In this document: positions 37,154 through 44,653 of the stretch, one piece after another
Numbering within the stretch: the stretch's first letter is position 1
How the letters are laid out: every line of letters starts with the position of its first letter
Assembly: GCA_017962125.1 (NCBI GenBank)
Contig: JAGCVZ010000008.1
Coordinates: forward strand, 10,677 to 74,676
Reading direction: 5' to 3'
Length of the DNA: 64,000 bases
From: Alphaproteobacteria bacterium
GTDB lineage: Bacteria; Pseudomonadota; Alphaproteobacteria; Rs-D84
The notes under the pieces: model-generated
Told to the model about the DNA's origin: nothing
What the model saw: only the letters and a program-made list of their open reading frames with translations
Databases searched by the model: none
Position numbers and translations under genes: made by a program

Positions 37154-37169
37154 AAGAAGAGGTGTAAAA

Positions 37170-37514
37170 ATGGGACAAATTGTTTCAGATGTAACAGATA
37201 TTTTAAATTATAAAGAAAATAAAAACGCAGCAGAAAAAAATAAAAAGAAAATTCTATCTGACATAGAATCAGATGAAATAGAAAAACAAAATATTGTAAA
37301 TAAAGTTTTGGGGGCTCAACGTGCAAAATTTGGTGCATCAGGAATGTCTAATGATGGTGCCACCGAAAAAAATGTGCTTGATAGATTACAAAAAGAAATT
37401 GAAACTTCGTATGAAAATAAAAAGCAAGCAAATATGATGAAAATCGGCGACATAAAAACCAAGAAAAAAAATATATTAACATCAATCTTGGAACACCTTA
37501 ACAAATTGATTTAG
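37170..37514 (+). CDS. Hypothetical Lys-rich protein (small-terminase position)
   Basis: 114-aa ORF immediately upstream of TerL, as gp18 is in T7. No motif support. Confidence 0.35.
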   Translation: MGQIVSDVTDILNYKENKNAAEKNKKKILSDIESDEIEKQNIVNKVLGAQRAKFGASGMSNDGATEKNVLDRLQKEIETSYENKKQANMMKIGDIKTKKKNILTSILEHLNKLI

Positions 37515-37519
37515 AAAAC

Positions 37520-38113
37520 ATGAATCAATATGATGATTTTTTAAATTCTTGGAATCGGGTTTTGGGTTATGAAACGCCGGCGCATCATCATGAAATGACA
37601 AAGTTTCTTGCTAATGTCGTCGATGGCGATTTGCATCGTGGGTTGCTTATGGCGTTTCGACATTCTGGCAAGTCAACGATTGTAGGAATTTTTGCGGCTT
37701 GTATGTTGTATTTACACCCAGAAACGCGAATTTTAATATTGTCTGCAGAAACACATTTGGCTACACGGATGGTTATGCACATACGAAATATTTTAGAAAA
37801 TCATCCGTGGTGTGTTGATATGATACCTAAAAATAAACGAGAATGGGCAGAAAACAAAATAACAATCAATAGACCAATCGGAATACGCGAACCTTCTGTT
37901 GTTTGTCAAGGTGTTTATGGAAATATAACAGGTATGCGCGCAGATTTAATAATATGCGATGATGTCGAAGTGCCAAATACATGTAACACTGCAAGAAAGC
38001 GTGCTAATCTAAGGGAAAGACTACGAGAACTAGATTTTATATTATCACCAAAAGGTACAATGATTTATATAGGTACGCCACACACACTGGATACTATATA
38101 TCGAACGACCTAA
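37520..38113 (+). CDS. Terminase large subunit, N-terminal ATPase half (T7 gp19-like)
   Basis: 'LLMAFRHSGKSTIV' Walker A, 'RADLIICDDVEVPNT' Walker B, and 'MIYIGTPHTLDTIY' (the GTPQ coupling motif). The ORF stops about 6 aa after that motif. Confidence 0.8.
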   Translation: MNQYDDFLNSWNRVLGYETPAHHHEMTKFLANVVDGDLHRGLLMAFRHSGKSTIVGIFAACMLYLHPETRILILSAETHLATRMVMHIRNILENHPWCVDMIPKNKREWAENKITINRPIGIREPSVVCQGVYGNITGMRADLIICDDVEVPNTCNTARKRANLRERLRELDFILSPKGTMIYIGTPHTLDTIYRTT

Positions 38114-38781
38114 GATTCGTCGTGCGATGGTAAAGAACTTGTTAAACTGTGCAGGCGATGTAACAATTCTTTACCGTCATCGCCAAACATTGGTAAATAA
38201 GTTTCATATTCTGGCATATCGACTTGCAGATTTGCACGAATCTTGTCAGTTATAGGTTGTCCAAGAAGTTTGTTTGCTTCGTCCCACAACCGATAAGCCG
38301 TAGAAATACGAACAATGTCACCGAATTTTTTCAAAGCCTCGGGATTATCAGATAACACATTCCGACCTGCTGAAACCCAATCGGTGCCAAATTTTTTTAT
38401 TGCGGAAGTGTTCATAAAATCGTTCAGACCATCAGAAGTTGGGGTAAAATTGTCAATAGCCGTGAGTACATCCTGTAATTCAGATTGTGATACATCCACC
38501 GATTTTTCTGATTCTGCCATCATACCACCATACGGTAACAATTCGTGCGCAATGGAATCCATGGGGGTTTTACCTGTACGCAGATTTTCAATGTGCTGAA
38601 TTAACATTTTACCAGTGGGCAAACTTTGTAATTCGCGAATAATATCGTCATCGGCTTCGTTAACAAATACTGAATTAACCGCCGACCAACCGCCAATAAT
38701 GACGTGGGCTTGGCGATAAAGATTCAAAAGCTTCTGTGCTGTCACACTGGCTTTGGCTTTCATACTGCTTGCTCCCCCCAA
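38110..38781 (-). CDS. Hypothetical protein (first gene of the antisense cassette)
   Basis: 223-aa ORF. Its stop codon (38110-12) overlaps the TerL-N stop codon (38111-13) on the opposite strand. Confidence 0.5.
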   Translation of the reverse strand: MGGASSMKAKASVTAQKLLNLYRQAHVIIGGWSAVNSVFVNEADDDIIRELQSLPTGKMLIQHIENLRTGKTPMDSIAHELLPYGGMMAESEKSVDVSQSELQDVLTAIDNFTPTSDGLNDFMNTSAIKKFGTDWVSAGRNVLSDNPEALKKFGDIVRISTAYRLWDEANKLLGQPITDKIRANLQVDMPEYETYLPMFGDDGKELLHRLHSLTSSLPSHDES

Positions 38782-38796
38782 AAAAACGATATTCGC

Positions 38797-39807
38797 TTAA
38801 TCTACGATAACCATTATGACTTTGTGCATGGTTTTCGCAGAAATCTTTTCTTCTGGTGAAACCATTTGACCATAGATTTTGCCCTTGGAATCCTTGCGAA
38901 CAATGGCAATATTAGCAGATGCAGGCTCTTCTGATTTTAAAGAACCAAAATCAGCATCAATAAACACGCCCAAGTCCCCAGGGGACACGACCGCTTTGCT
39001 GTCCACAAAAACGTAAGATTTTTCAGGTATAAATCCACCAAGACGTTTCGAGTTTGGTATTATCGCATAAATTCCACGACGCCCTTCAAGATTTGCGGGC
39101 GCGGCAATCATATGAGAATCAGAACGTTTAAAGGATATACCTTTTCCTTCTGGCTTACCGAACACTGGTATCAATTTACGACGCGCATTATCATATAGTT
39201 TTGCACCATATAAATGACTAGGCGTTTCGTCAAAATCACTAGACGAATCACCCGGAACCAAAACCGCTTTGACGCGTTCTTTGACCTTGTCCATCTGTTT
39301 GGTCAATTCGCCAGATTTATAAAGTTCTGCGATTTTATCAAAAAGACCTTCCACCGAATGTGCGAAAGATTTTGCAAGCGGTTCAATTTCATTTTTGTAA
39401 ACTTCGCGTTGACCAACCTCAATTTTATGGTAAACAGAAAGCGTCATACCTGCATCTTTGGCGGCTTGGGCAATAGTTTTTCCTGATTGCTGACGTATCT
39501 TGCGTAAACCACTGCCAAAAATCTTAAGACCGCCATCTTCGTTATCATTCATACGGCGTGTGATTTCGTTCTGCCACTTAGATGCGACTTCATCGGTGTC
39601 CTTGATAAAAATGTCAGACAATTTGCAACCCAAGATATTACATATATTCAGTAACTGCTTTTGGTTCAAGCGTCGAACACCTTTTTCAATTTTTGAAACC
39701 GCAGATAAAGATAAATTAGACCTTCTTGCAAGTTCGGTCATTTTCATACCCGCCGCAAGTCTAATGTTACGAATGTTATTTGGAAAAATGATTTCTTCTT
39801 GAGCCAT
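38797..39807 (-). CDS. Double-HTH (XRE-type) regulator with CI/LexA S24-like C-terminal domain
   Basis: 336 aa. HTH1 is 'IRNIRLAAGMKMTELARRSNLSLSAVSKIEKG'. HTH2 is 'LRKIRQQSGKTIAQAAKDAGMTLSVYHKIEVG'. The C-terminal beta-rich domain 'GFIPEKSYVFVDSKAVVSPGDLGVF' resembles the S24 fold, but no clear Ser/Lys dyad is present. Confidence 0.65.
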   Translation of the reverse strand: MAQEEIIFPNNIRNIRLAAGMKMTELARRSNLSLSAVSKIEKGVRRLNQKQLLNICNILGCKLSDIFIKDTDEVASKWQNEITRRMNDNEDGGLKIFGSGLRKIRQQSGKTIAQAAKDAGMTLSVYHKIEVGQREVYKNEIEPLAKSFAHSVEGLFDKIAELYKSGELTKQMDKVKERVKAVLVPGDSSSDFDETPSHLYGAKLYDNARRKLIPVFGKPEGKGISFKRSDSHMIAAPANLEGRRGIYAIIPNSKRLGGFIPEKSYVFVDSKAVVSPGDLGVFIDADFGSLKSEEPASANIAIVRKDSKGKIYGQMVSPEEKISAKTMHKVIMVIVD

Positions 39808-39885
39808 ATATAATCTCCTTGGGTAAATCTTGACAAAATGATAAGGTATTTTTTGAAACTTGGCAAGTAAAAAAAATTACAAATT

Positions 39886-41439
39886 TTATTCGAATTCATC
39901 CGGAATATCATCAATGTCAATCGGCGTTGGTGCGTCACCAGATTCCGTGATTTGTGATGGCTCTGGTGCAAATTCCACCGTACGTGCCGCCATCTCATTA
40001 AGATTATCGAACAGACTATATTCTGCCAAAAAGGCAACGGTGACAGTATCTGTTCGACCATGACGATTTTTTCCGATAATGATATCCGCCTTGCCTTTGG
40101 CTTTTTCAAGCCGGTTTTGCCATGAATCGATAGATTTTTCATTTGGTGTGTTTGAAAGTCTACGAGATGGGTCGCGGTTTTGCAAATAGTATTCTTCACG
40201 ATAAGTGAACATAACGATGTCGGCATCTTGTTCAATAGAACCAGATTCACGCAAATCGGCAAGTTGTGGCCGTTTGTCGTCACGACTTTCCACACTGCGT
40301 GACAATTGAGATAGCGCAATCACCGGTACATTAAATTCCTTGGCAAGCATTTTAAGACCGCGCGTTATTTCCGATAGTTCTTGAACGCGGTTGTCATTGC
40401 GCTTTCCACCGGGCAATGTTAATAATTGCAGATAATCGATGACGATAAGCGCGATGCCATTATATTTCCGCGCAAGCCGTCGTACGCGTGTGCGAATCAT
40501 TGGCAAAGACATGCCAGGAGTGTCATCAATGAATAATGGAATCCGCCCAATAGCATCAGCAAACTGAGCCATCTTAAGAAAATCTTCATCGTTCAAAGAT
40601 GAACCCTCACGCATCGCACTTGACGGAATTCTTGTCTGAGATGATAAAACACGAGCCGCTAATTCGGAAGCCCCCATTTCAAGGCTGAAAAAAGCGACAG
40701 CTCCTTTATATTGCTCATTAGCGCGTCCAGAAAAAATAGCATTTGCGGCATTAAAAGCAATGTTCATTGCAAGTGTAGTCTTACCCATACCCGGACGCCC
40801 AGCAATAATAATCAAATTTGATTTATGCATACCACTTATTACGTGGTCTAAGTCGACAAGCCCCGTAGTTAGTCCGGAAAGCTTGCCGTCGGCCTTGTAT
40901 GCAATCTCTGCTTCGGCTAACGCGTCTTTTAACGCATTTGCGATTGGCACGACATCGCGTGTTGTGTCCCCAGTCATAGACAGATTAAACAGTTTTTGTT
41001 CGGCTGTTTCAATCTGGGCAGATACAGGGTTGTCAAGGTCTTCAATAAACGCGGCATCGGTTACAGATTGACCAAAATCAATAAGTTCACGTCGAACGGC
41101 ATTTTCATGAACAATGCGACCATATTGTTCCACGTTTACTACGGTAGCGCCAGCACTGGCTAACTGGGTCAGATATTCAACACCACCAACTGATTCCAAG
41201 GTGCCTTGTTGATCAAGATAATTTTTCGCCGTTATTATATCAAAAGGTATCCCAGCGGCAAACTGGCGCAGGGCAAGTTTATAAATTTCTTGGTGCGCAG
41301 GATGCGAAAAATCTTCTGGACGTAAAAATTCGGAAATTTTTTCCAAAGCGCGATTTTTCATCAAAACCGCGGCCAAGACCGCTTGTTCGGCCTCTAAATT
41401 AGTTGGCAAAGTTTTGGGAGTAAAGTCCATGTCAAACAT
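39886..41439 (-). CDS. dnaB: Replicative DNA helicase DnaB
   Basis: 517 aa. 'LPTNLEAEQAVLAAVLM', 'IIIAGRPGMGKTTLAMNIA' Walker A, 'LIVIDYLQLL' Walker B, 'ITRGLKMLAKEFNVPVIALSQLSR' and 'GSIEQDADIVMF'. Acidic C-terminal tail '...IDIDDIPDEFE'. Confidence 0.95.
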   Translation of the reverse strand: MFDMDFTPKTLPTNLEAEQAVLAAVLMKNRALEKISEFLRPEDFSHPAHQEIYKLALRQFAAGIPFDIITAKNYLDQQGTLESVGGVEYLTQLASAGATVVNVEQYGRIVHENAVRRELIDFGQSVTDAAFIEDLDNPVSAQIETAEQKLFNLSMTGDTTRDVVPIANALKDALAEAEIAYKADGKLSGLTTGLVDLDHVISGMHKSNLIIIAGRPGMGKTTLAMNIAFNAANAIFSGRANEQYKGAVAFFSLEMGASELAARVLSSQTRIPSSAMREGSSLNDEDFLKMAQFADAIGRIPLFIDDTPGMSLPMIRTRVRRLARKYNGIALIVIDYLQLLTLPGGKRNDNRVQELSEITRGLKMLAKEFNVPVIALSQLSRSVESRDDKRPQLADLRESGSIEQDADIVMFTYREEYYLQNRDPSRRLSNTPNEKSIDSWQNRLEKAKGKADIIIGKNRHGRTDTVTVAFLAEYSLFDNLNEMAARTVEFAPEPSQITESGDAPTPIDIDDIPDEFE

Positions 41440-42277
41440 AGTATACGAAAAAAATGTTTTTTCAACGCCTTTTTTATCTGGTTATGCAGAATTAAAAATT
41501 CCAGTGGTTGATAATAGCGGAAATCCAGCTTGGCCATCGGTTTTTCCAGTAGAAAAAATAGCAGAAATTCGTAAAACAGTCGGAGATAGGCATTTTTCGG
41601 CACAAATGATGTTGGAATATGTTGCACCAGATAAAATACGTCTTGACCCAGGAGGAATAAAATTTTACGAGACAGATTTTGACAAACATAGTTGCAAAAT
41701 TGGTGAAACACTTGTAACTGGGGCGACAATATATTGGGATCCTTCTGGGGGACGGAAAAATTCCGATGAAAGTGTTTGTGTGATTATTTATCGCGATGAC
41801 CAAACACACCGTTTTTTCATCCATGATATGATTTACCTTACTGTACCGGATGGTGTCGAATACCCGTTGACATATCAATGTGACAAGGTTTTGGGGTTTG
41901 TTCGCATGCATCGCCAAAGAGTGCTTTCTGTTGAAACAAACGGAATCGGTGCGGCGTTACCAGAAATAATGCGTGAAACAATTATGCGCGCAGGTTACGA
42001 GATACAAATTCGCCCGATTACCAACAGTCGTCGCAAAGAAGATAGAATTTTGGATGCCATAGAACCATTGCTTACAACTGGTCGACTTTACGCCCACCAA
42101 CGCATAACCCAGACTCCTTTTATATCGGAAATGTTAGCATGGACACCAATTGGTGGTGGTGAACATGATGACGGATTGGATGCGGTCGCAGGGGCAATTT
42201 TATCTTTGCCTACACCGATGCGCCCCATTGGAAAAAATGTTCGCGGCTATATTGCGAACACAGATTTTAAACTTTAA
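41429..42277 (+). CDS. Terminase large subunit, C-terminal nuclease half (T7 gp19-like)
   Basis: 'HFSAQMMLE' (T7 'GFTLQFML'), 'IYWDPSGGRKNSDES' (T7 'VIDPSGRGKDETG') and 'GEHDDGLDAVAGA' (T7 'AHDDRLDALALG'). ATG at 41429 behind GGGAG. The 5' end overlaps the dnaB start on the other strand. Confidence 0.75.
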   Translation: MSNIVYEKNVFSTPFLSGYAELKIPVVDNSGNPAWPSVFPVEKIAEIRKTVGDRHFSAQMMLEYVAPDKIRLDPGGIKFYETDFDKHSCKIGETLVTGATIYWDPSGGRKNSDESVCVIIYRDDQTHRFFIHDMIYLTVPDGVEYPLTYQCDKVLGFVRMHRQRVLSVETNGIGAALPEIMRETIMRAGYEIQIRPITNSRRKEDRILDAIEPLLTTGRLYAHQRITQTPFISEMLAWTPIGGGEHDDGLDAVAGAILSLPTPMRPIGKNVRGYIANTDFKL

Positions 42278-42292
42278 CCAAAAGGAAACAAA

Positions 42293-43519
42293 ATGAAATA
42301 TGATTTACAAAAAATGTACTCACGTGCAATGGCATTGCGAGAACCATGGATTAAACGCTGGTCAGATGCGCGCCGTTATACCATGCCGACGTCTGACGAA
42401 GAAATTGCAACATTATTTGATGGAACAGCTGCAGATGCGGCAGATAATTTGGCAGCATGTATGTATTCATTGTTAACACCACCGGAATCATTGTGGTTAA
42501 ACCTTGTCCCAGAATCTGAAGAATCTCCGGATGCGGTTACGGCGACCATGGCATTGCGTTCTAACTTGAACGAATCAAATTTTTATACAACGATTCATCA
42601 GTGTTATCTTGACTTGGTAACCATGGGAACGGCATGTCTGTTTATGGCTGAATCACCAATTGGCGCGGCAAGTGCATTTAATTTTACAGCAATCCCAATT
42701 ACAGATATTGCAATTTTACCGAACGCCATATTCCATACTGCTATGATTACCGCCCAAGATGTTGCTATTCGTTATCCTGAATGGACACCACCGCGTGCAA
42801 TCCTTGATGCTATGAAGCAAAATCCAGAATATCAACTGCGTCTGGTCCAGGCATTGGTAGATACTGAATTTACCGCATGGATAGATGTAGGGGGAAATAT
42901 TGAAAATAATATCGTATCAAAAGGAACTTTTGAAACTAACCCATATATTGTATTCCGTTGGGCACTAGCAAGTGGTGAATTATATGGTCGTGGTCCTGTC
43001 TTGCGCGCACTTCCTGACATCAAAACGGCGAACAAGGTCGTTGAACTTGTTTTAAAGAACGCCACTATTGCGGTAAGTGGTATATGGCAAGCCGATGATG
43101 ATGGTGTCATAAACCTTAGTAATATAAATCTTATGCCGGGTGCAATAATTCCAAAAGCCGTAGGCAGCACCGGTTTAACACCGCTTTCAACCGGTGCAAA
43201 CTTTGACGTGTCGCAAATAATTCTGAAAGATTTGCGCGAACGCATTCGCCATACAATGCTTGCAGATAGAATAGGCACACTTTCAGATAAGGAAATGACA
43301 GCAACAGAAATACTTGCGCGGAATGCGGATATGTTGCGCATCTTGGGCGCTACATACGGGCGATTGTTACATGAATTTATCAGACCATTATGTGATCGTG
43401 GATTACAGATACTTGCACGTCGTGGTGTAATAGACAAAATATCATTACACAGTGATGCAGAATTAAAATATATTGCGCCAATTGCGCAAATGGTTGCGGA
43501 AAACAGCACATTGATATAG
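42293..43519 (+). CDS. Phage portal (head-to-tail connector, T7 gp8-like)
   Basis: 408 aa. 'YSRAMALREPWIKRWSDARRYTMP' parallels gp8 'YERLKNDRAPYETRAQNCAQYTIP'. 'KEMTATEILARNADMLRILGATYGRLLHEFIRPL' parallels 'ERVTAEEIRYVASELEDTLGGVYSILSQELQLPL'. Confidence 0.65.
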   Translation: MKYDLQKMYSRAMALREPWIKRWSDARRYTMPTSDEEIATLFDGTAADAADNLAACMYSLLTPPESLWLNLVPESEESPDAVTATMALRSNLNESNFYTTIHQCYLDLVTMGTACLFMAESPIGAASAFNFTAIPITDIAILPNAIFHTAMITAQDVAIRYPEWTPPRAILDAMKQNPEYQLRLVQALVDTEFTAWIDVGGNIENNIVSKGTFETNPYIVFRWALASGELYGRGPVLRALPDIKTANKVVELVLKNATIAVSGIWQADDDGVINLSNINLMPGAIIPKAVGSTGLTPLSTGANFDVSQIILKDLRERIRHTMLADRIGTLSDKEMTATEILARNADMLRILGATYGRLLHEFIRPLCDRGLQILARRGVIDKISLHSDAELKYIAPIAQMVAENSTLI

Positions 43520-43529
43520 GGGGAAAACA

Positions 43530-43736
43530 ATGGAAAAAATTGCACATGAATATGCGCGCACTTTTTCAAACGCATCGGGAAAAGCGGTTATTTCACATTT
43601 ACGCAAAATAACAATAGAAAGATTTTTAGGACCGCATGCAACAGATAGTGAACTTCGTTCTCTTGAAGGTGCGCGTGCGCTGGTTCATCAAATTGAAACT
43701 TTAATTGAACGGGGGCAAGCAAATGCCAAAGTCTAA
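43530..43736 (+). CDS. Small phage protein (Bbp19-like)
   Basis: 68 aa. The 'ARTFSNASGKAVISHL...ELRSLEGARALVHQIETLI' pattern is recalled from the Bbp19-like family of BPP-1-type podoviruses. Low certainty. Confidence 0.35.
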   Translation: MEKIAHEYARTFSNASGKAVISHLRKITIERFLGPHATDSELRSLEGARALVHQIETLIERGQANAKV

Positions 43737-43980
43737 TGGACTATCAAATATTATCGATGTATTACGCAGTGGTTGGTTCCTAATAGTGTTTATCGCCGGA
43801 ATGATATATTGGGTCGCCCGACAAGATAACGCTTTGGTTGAACTTGATCGATTGACCGTTCGTATGACGACACTTGAAAACCGAACAACTGTTTTAGAAA
43901 CGGGAATAGGGCAACTGCAACTAAAAATAGATGGCATCAAAGAAGATTTGACATTAATAAAAACAGCTGTCATAAGATAA
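43723..43980 (+). CDS. Membrane-anchored coiled-coil protein
   Basis: ATG at 43723. TM segment 'GWFLIVFIAGMIYWV' followed by heptad-like 'LDRLTVRMTTLENRTTVLETGIGQLQLKIDGIKEDL'. Confidence 0.45.
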   Translation: MPKSNGLSNIIDVLRSGWFLIVFIAGMIYWVARQDNALVELDRLTVRMTTLENRTTVLETGIGQLQLKIDGIKEDLTLIKTAVIR

Positions 43981-44016
43981 AAAAACCGCGGGATTTTTCC
44001 CGCGGTTGATTTTTTA
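43981..44016. terminator. Bidirectional intrinsic terminator closing the phage-like module
   Basis: 'aaaaa ccgcggg attttt cccgcgg ttgatttttt'. Confidence 0.75.
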
Positions 44017-44154
44017 ATTGCAACTTCCAATCCATTTAGAGATAGAAATATCTTTGTGCAACAAGAAATCATATTCACAATTCCCAGACCGATATGACCC
44101 AGTGCATGCCGCCAATGTCAACACAGCGAACAATGCCAAAATAAGTTTTTTCAT
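44014..44154 (-). CDS. Small lipoprotein (46 aa), not in the ORF track
   Basis: Hand translation: 'MKKLILALFAVLTLAACTGSYRSGNCEYDFLLHKDISISKWIGSCN'. Lipobox LAAC. RBS 'aaggagaa' upstream of the ATG at 44154. Confidence 0.45.
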   Translation of the reverse strand: MKKLILALFAVLTLAACTGSYRSGNCEYDFLLHKDISISKWIGSCN

Positions 44155-44309
44155 GTTTTCTCCTTTGGTTGATATAAACGGATTATATTCCCATATAACA
44201 AAATTGCAAACAGTTTTTTATTCGCTACGATGAATTTAATGTATGACAGTAAGTACTAGCGCTCAGCATATTTCAAAATTCACCAGTCACTAACACTAGT
44301 TACTTTCTA

Positions 44310-44651
44310 CTAAAATGCATTTTTTACCCAATTAATATGTCGACCATGGACTATGATAACATCAAATCGTGCATCACCATTCCATCGCTTTTGTAATAAA
44401 AAAGTCTCGGCCGCAAGTCGTAATCTTCTTTGCTGGGTAGGCGTAATTGCTTCCCATGCTTCCATTACAGTCTTACGTTTTTTGACTTCTACAAATACAA
44501 TAAGATTTCCACGCTTTGCAATTATATCAATTTCTGCACGCCCAGTATTACGACCAGTTATATAACGTCGATGCAGAATCCTAAATCCATGCAACATTAA
44601 AAACGCGCACGCAAAGAACTCTGAAAAAATTCCGATGTTGTACGAATTCAT
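44310..44651 (-). CDS. yraN: YraN-family (UPF0102) endonuclease-like protein
   Basis: 113 aa. 'GRAEIDIIAKRGNLIVFVEVKKRK' and 'RFDVIIV' follow the PD-(D/E)xK-like YraN pattern. Confidence 0.8.
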   Translation of the reverse strand: MNSYNIGIFSEFFACAFLMLHGFRILHRRYITGRNTGRAEIDIIAKRGNLIVFVEVKKRKTVMEAWEAITPTQQRRLRLAAETFLLQKRWNGDARFDVIIVHGRHINWVKNAF

Positions 44652-44653
44652 AT

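Larger units (their letters stand above)
31732..44016 (+). mobile_element. T7-like podovirus-derived head/tail-tube/packaging gene module (defective prophage or domesticated GTA-like element)
   Basis: Collinear gp9/gp10/gp11/gp12/gp19/gp8-like ORFs plus a hydrolase. No integrase, polymerase, ejection-protein or fibre genes. Bounded by birA on the left and a bidirectional terminator on the right. Confidence 0.65.

Noticed and set aside
31697-44310. Search for attL/attR direct repeats, an integrase or a transposase flanking the phage-like module
   Set aside because: - I found no convincing direct repeat between the 31.70-31.86 kb and 43.98-44.31 kb flanks.
- I found no recombinase-like ORF in the window.
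- I therefore do not call an intact prophage.
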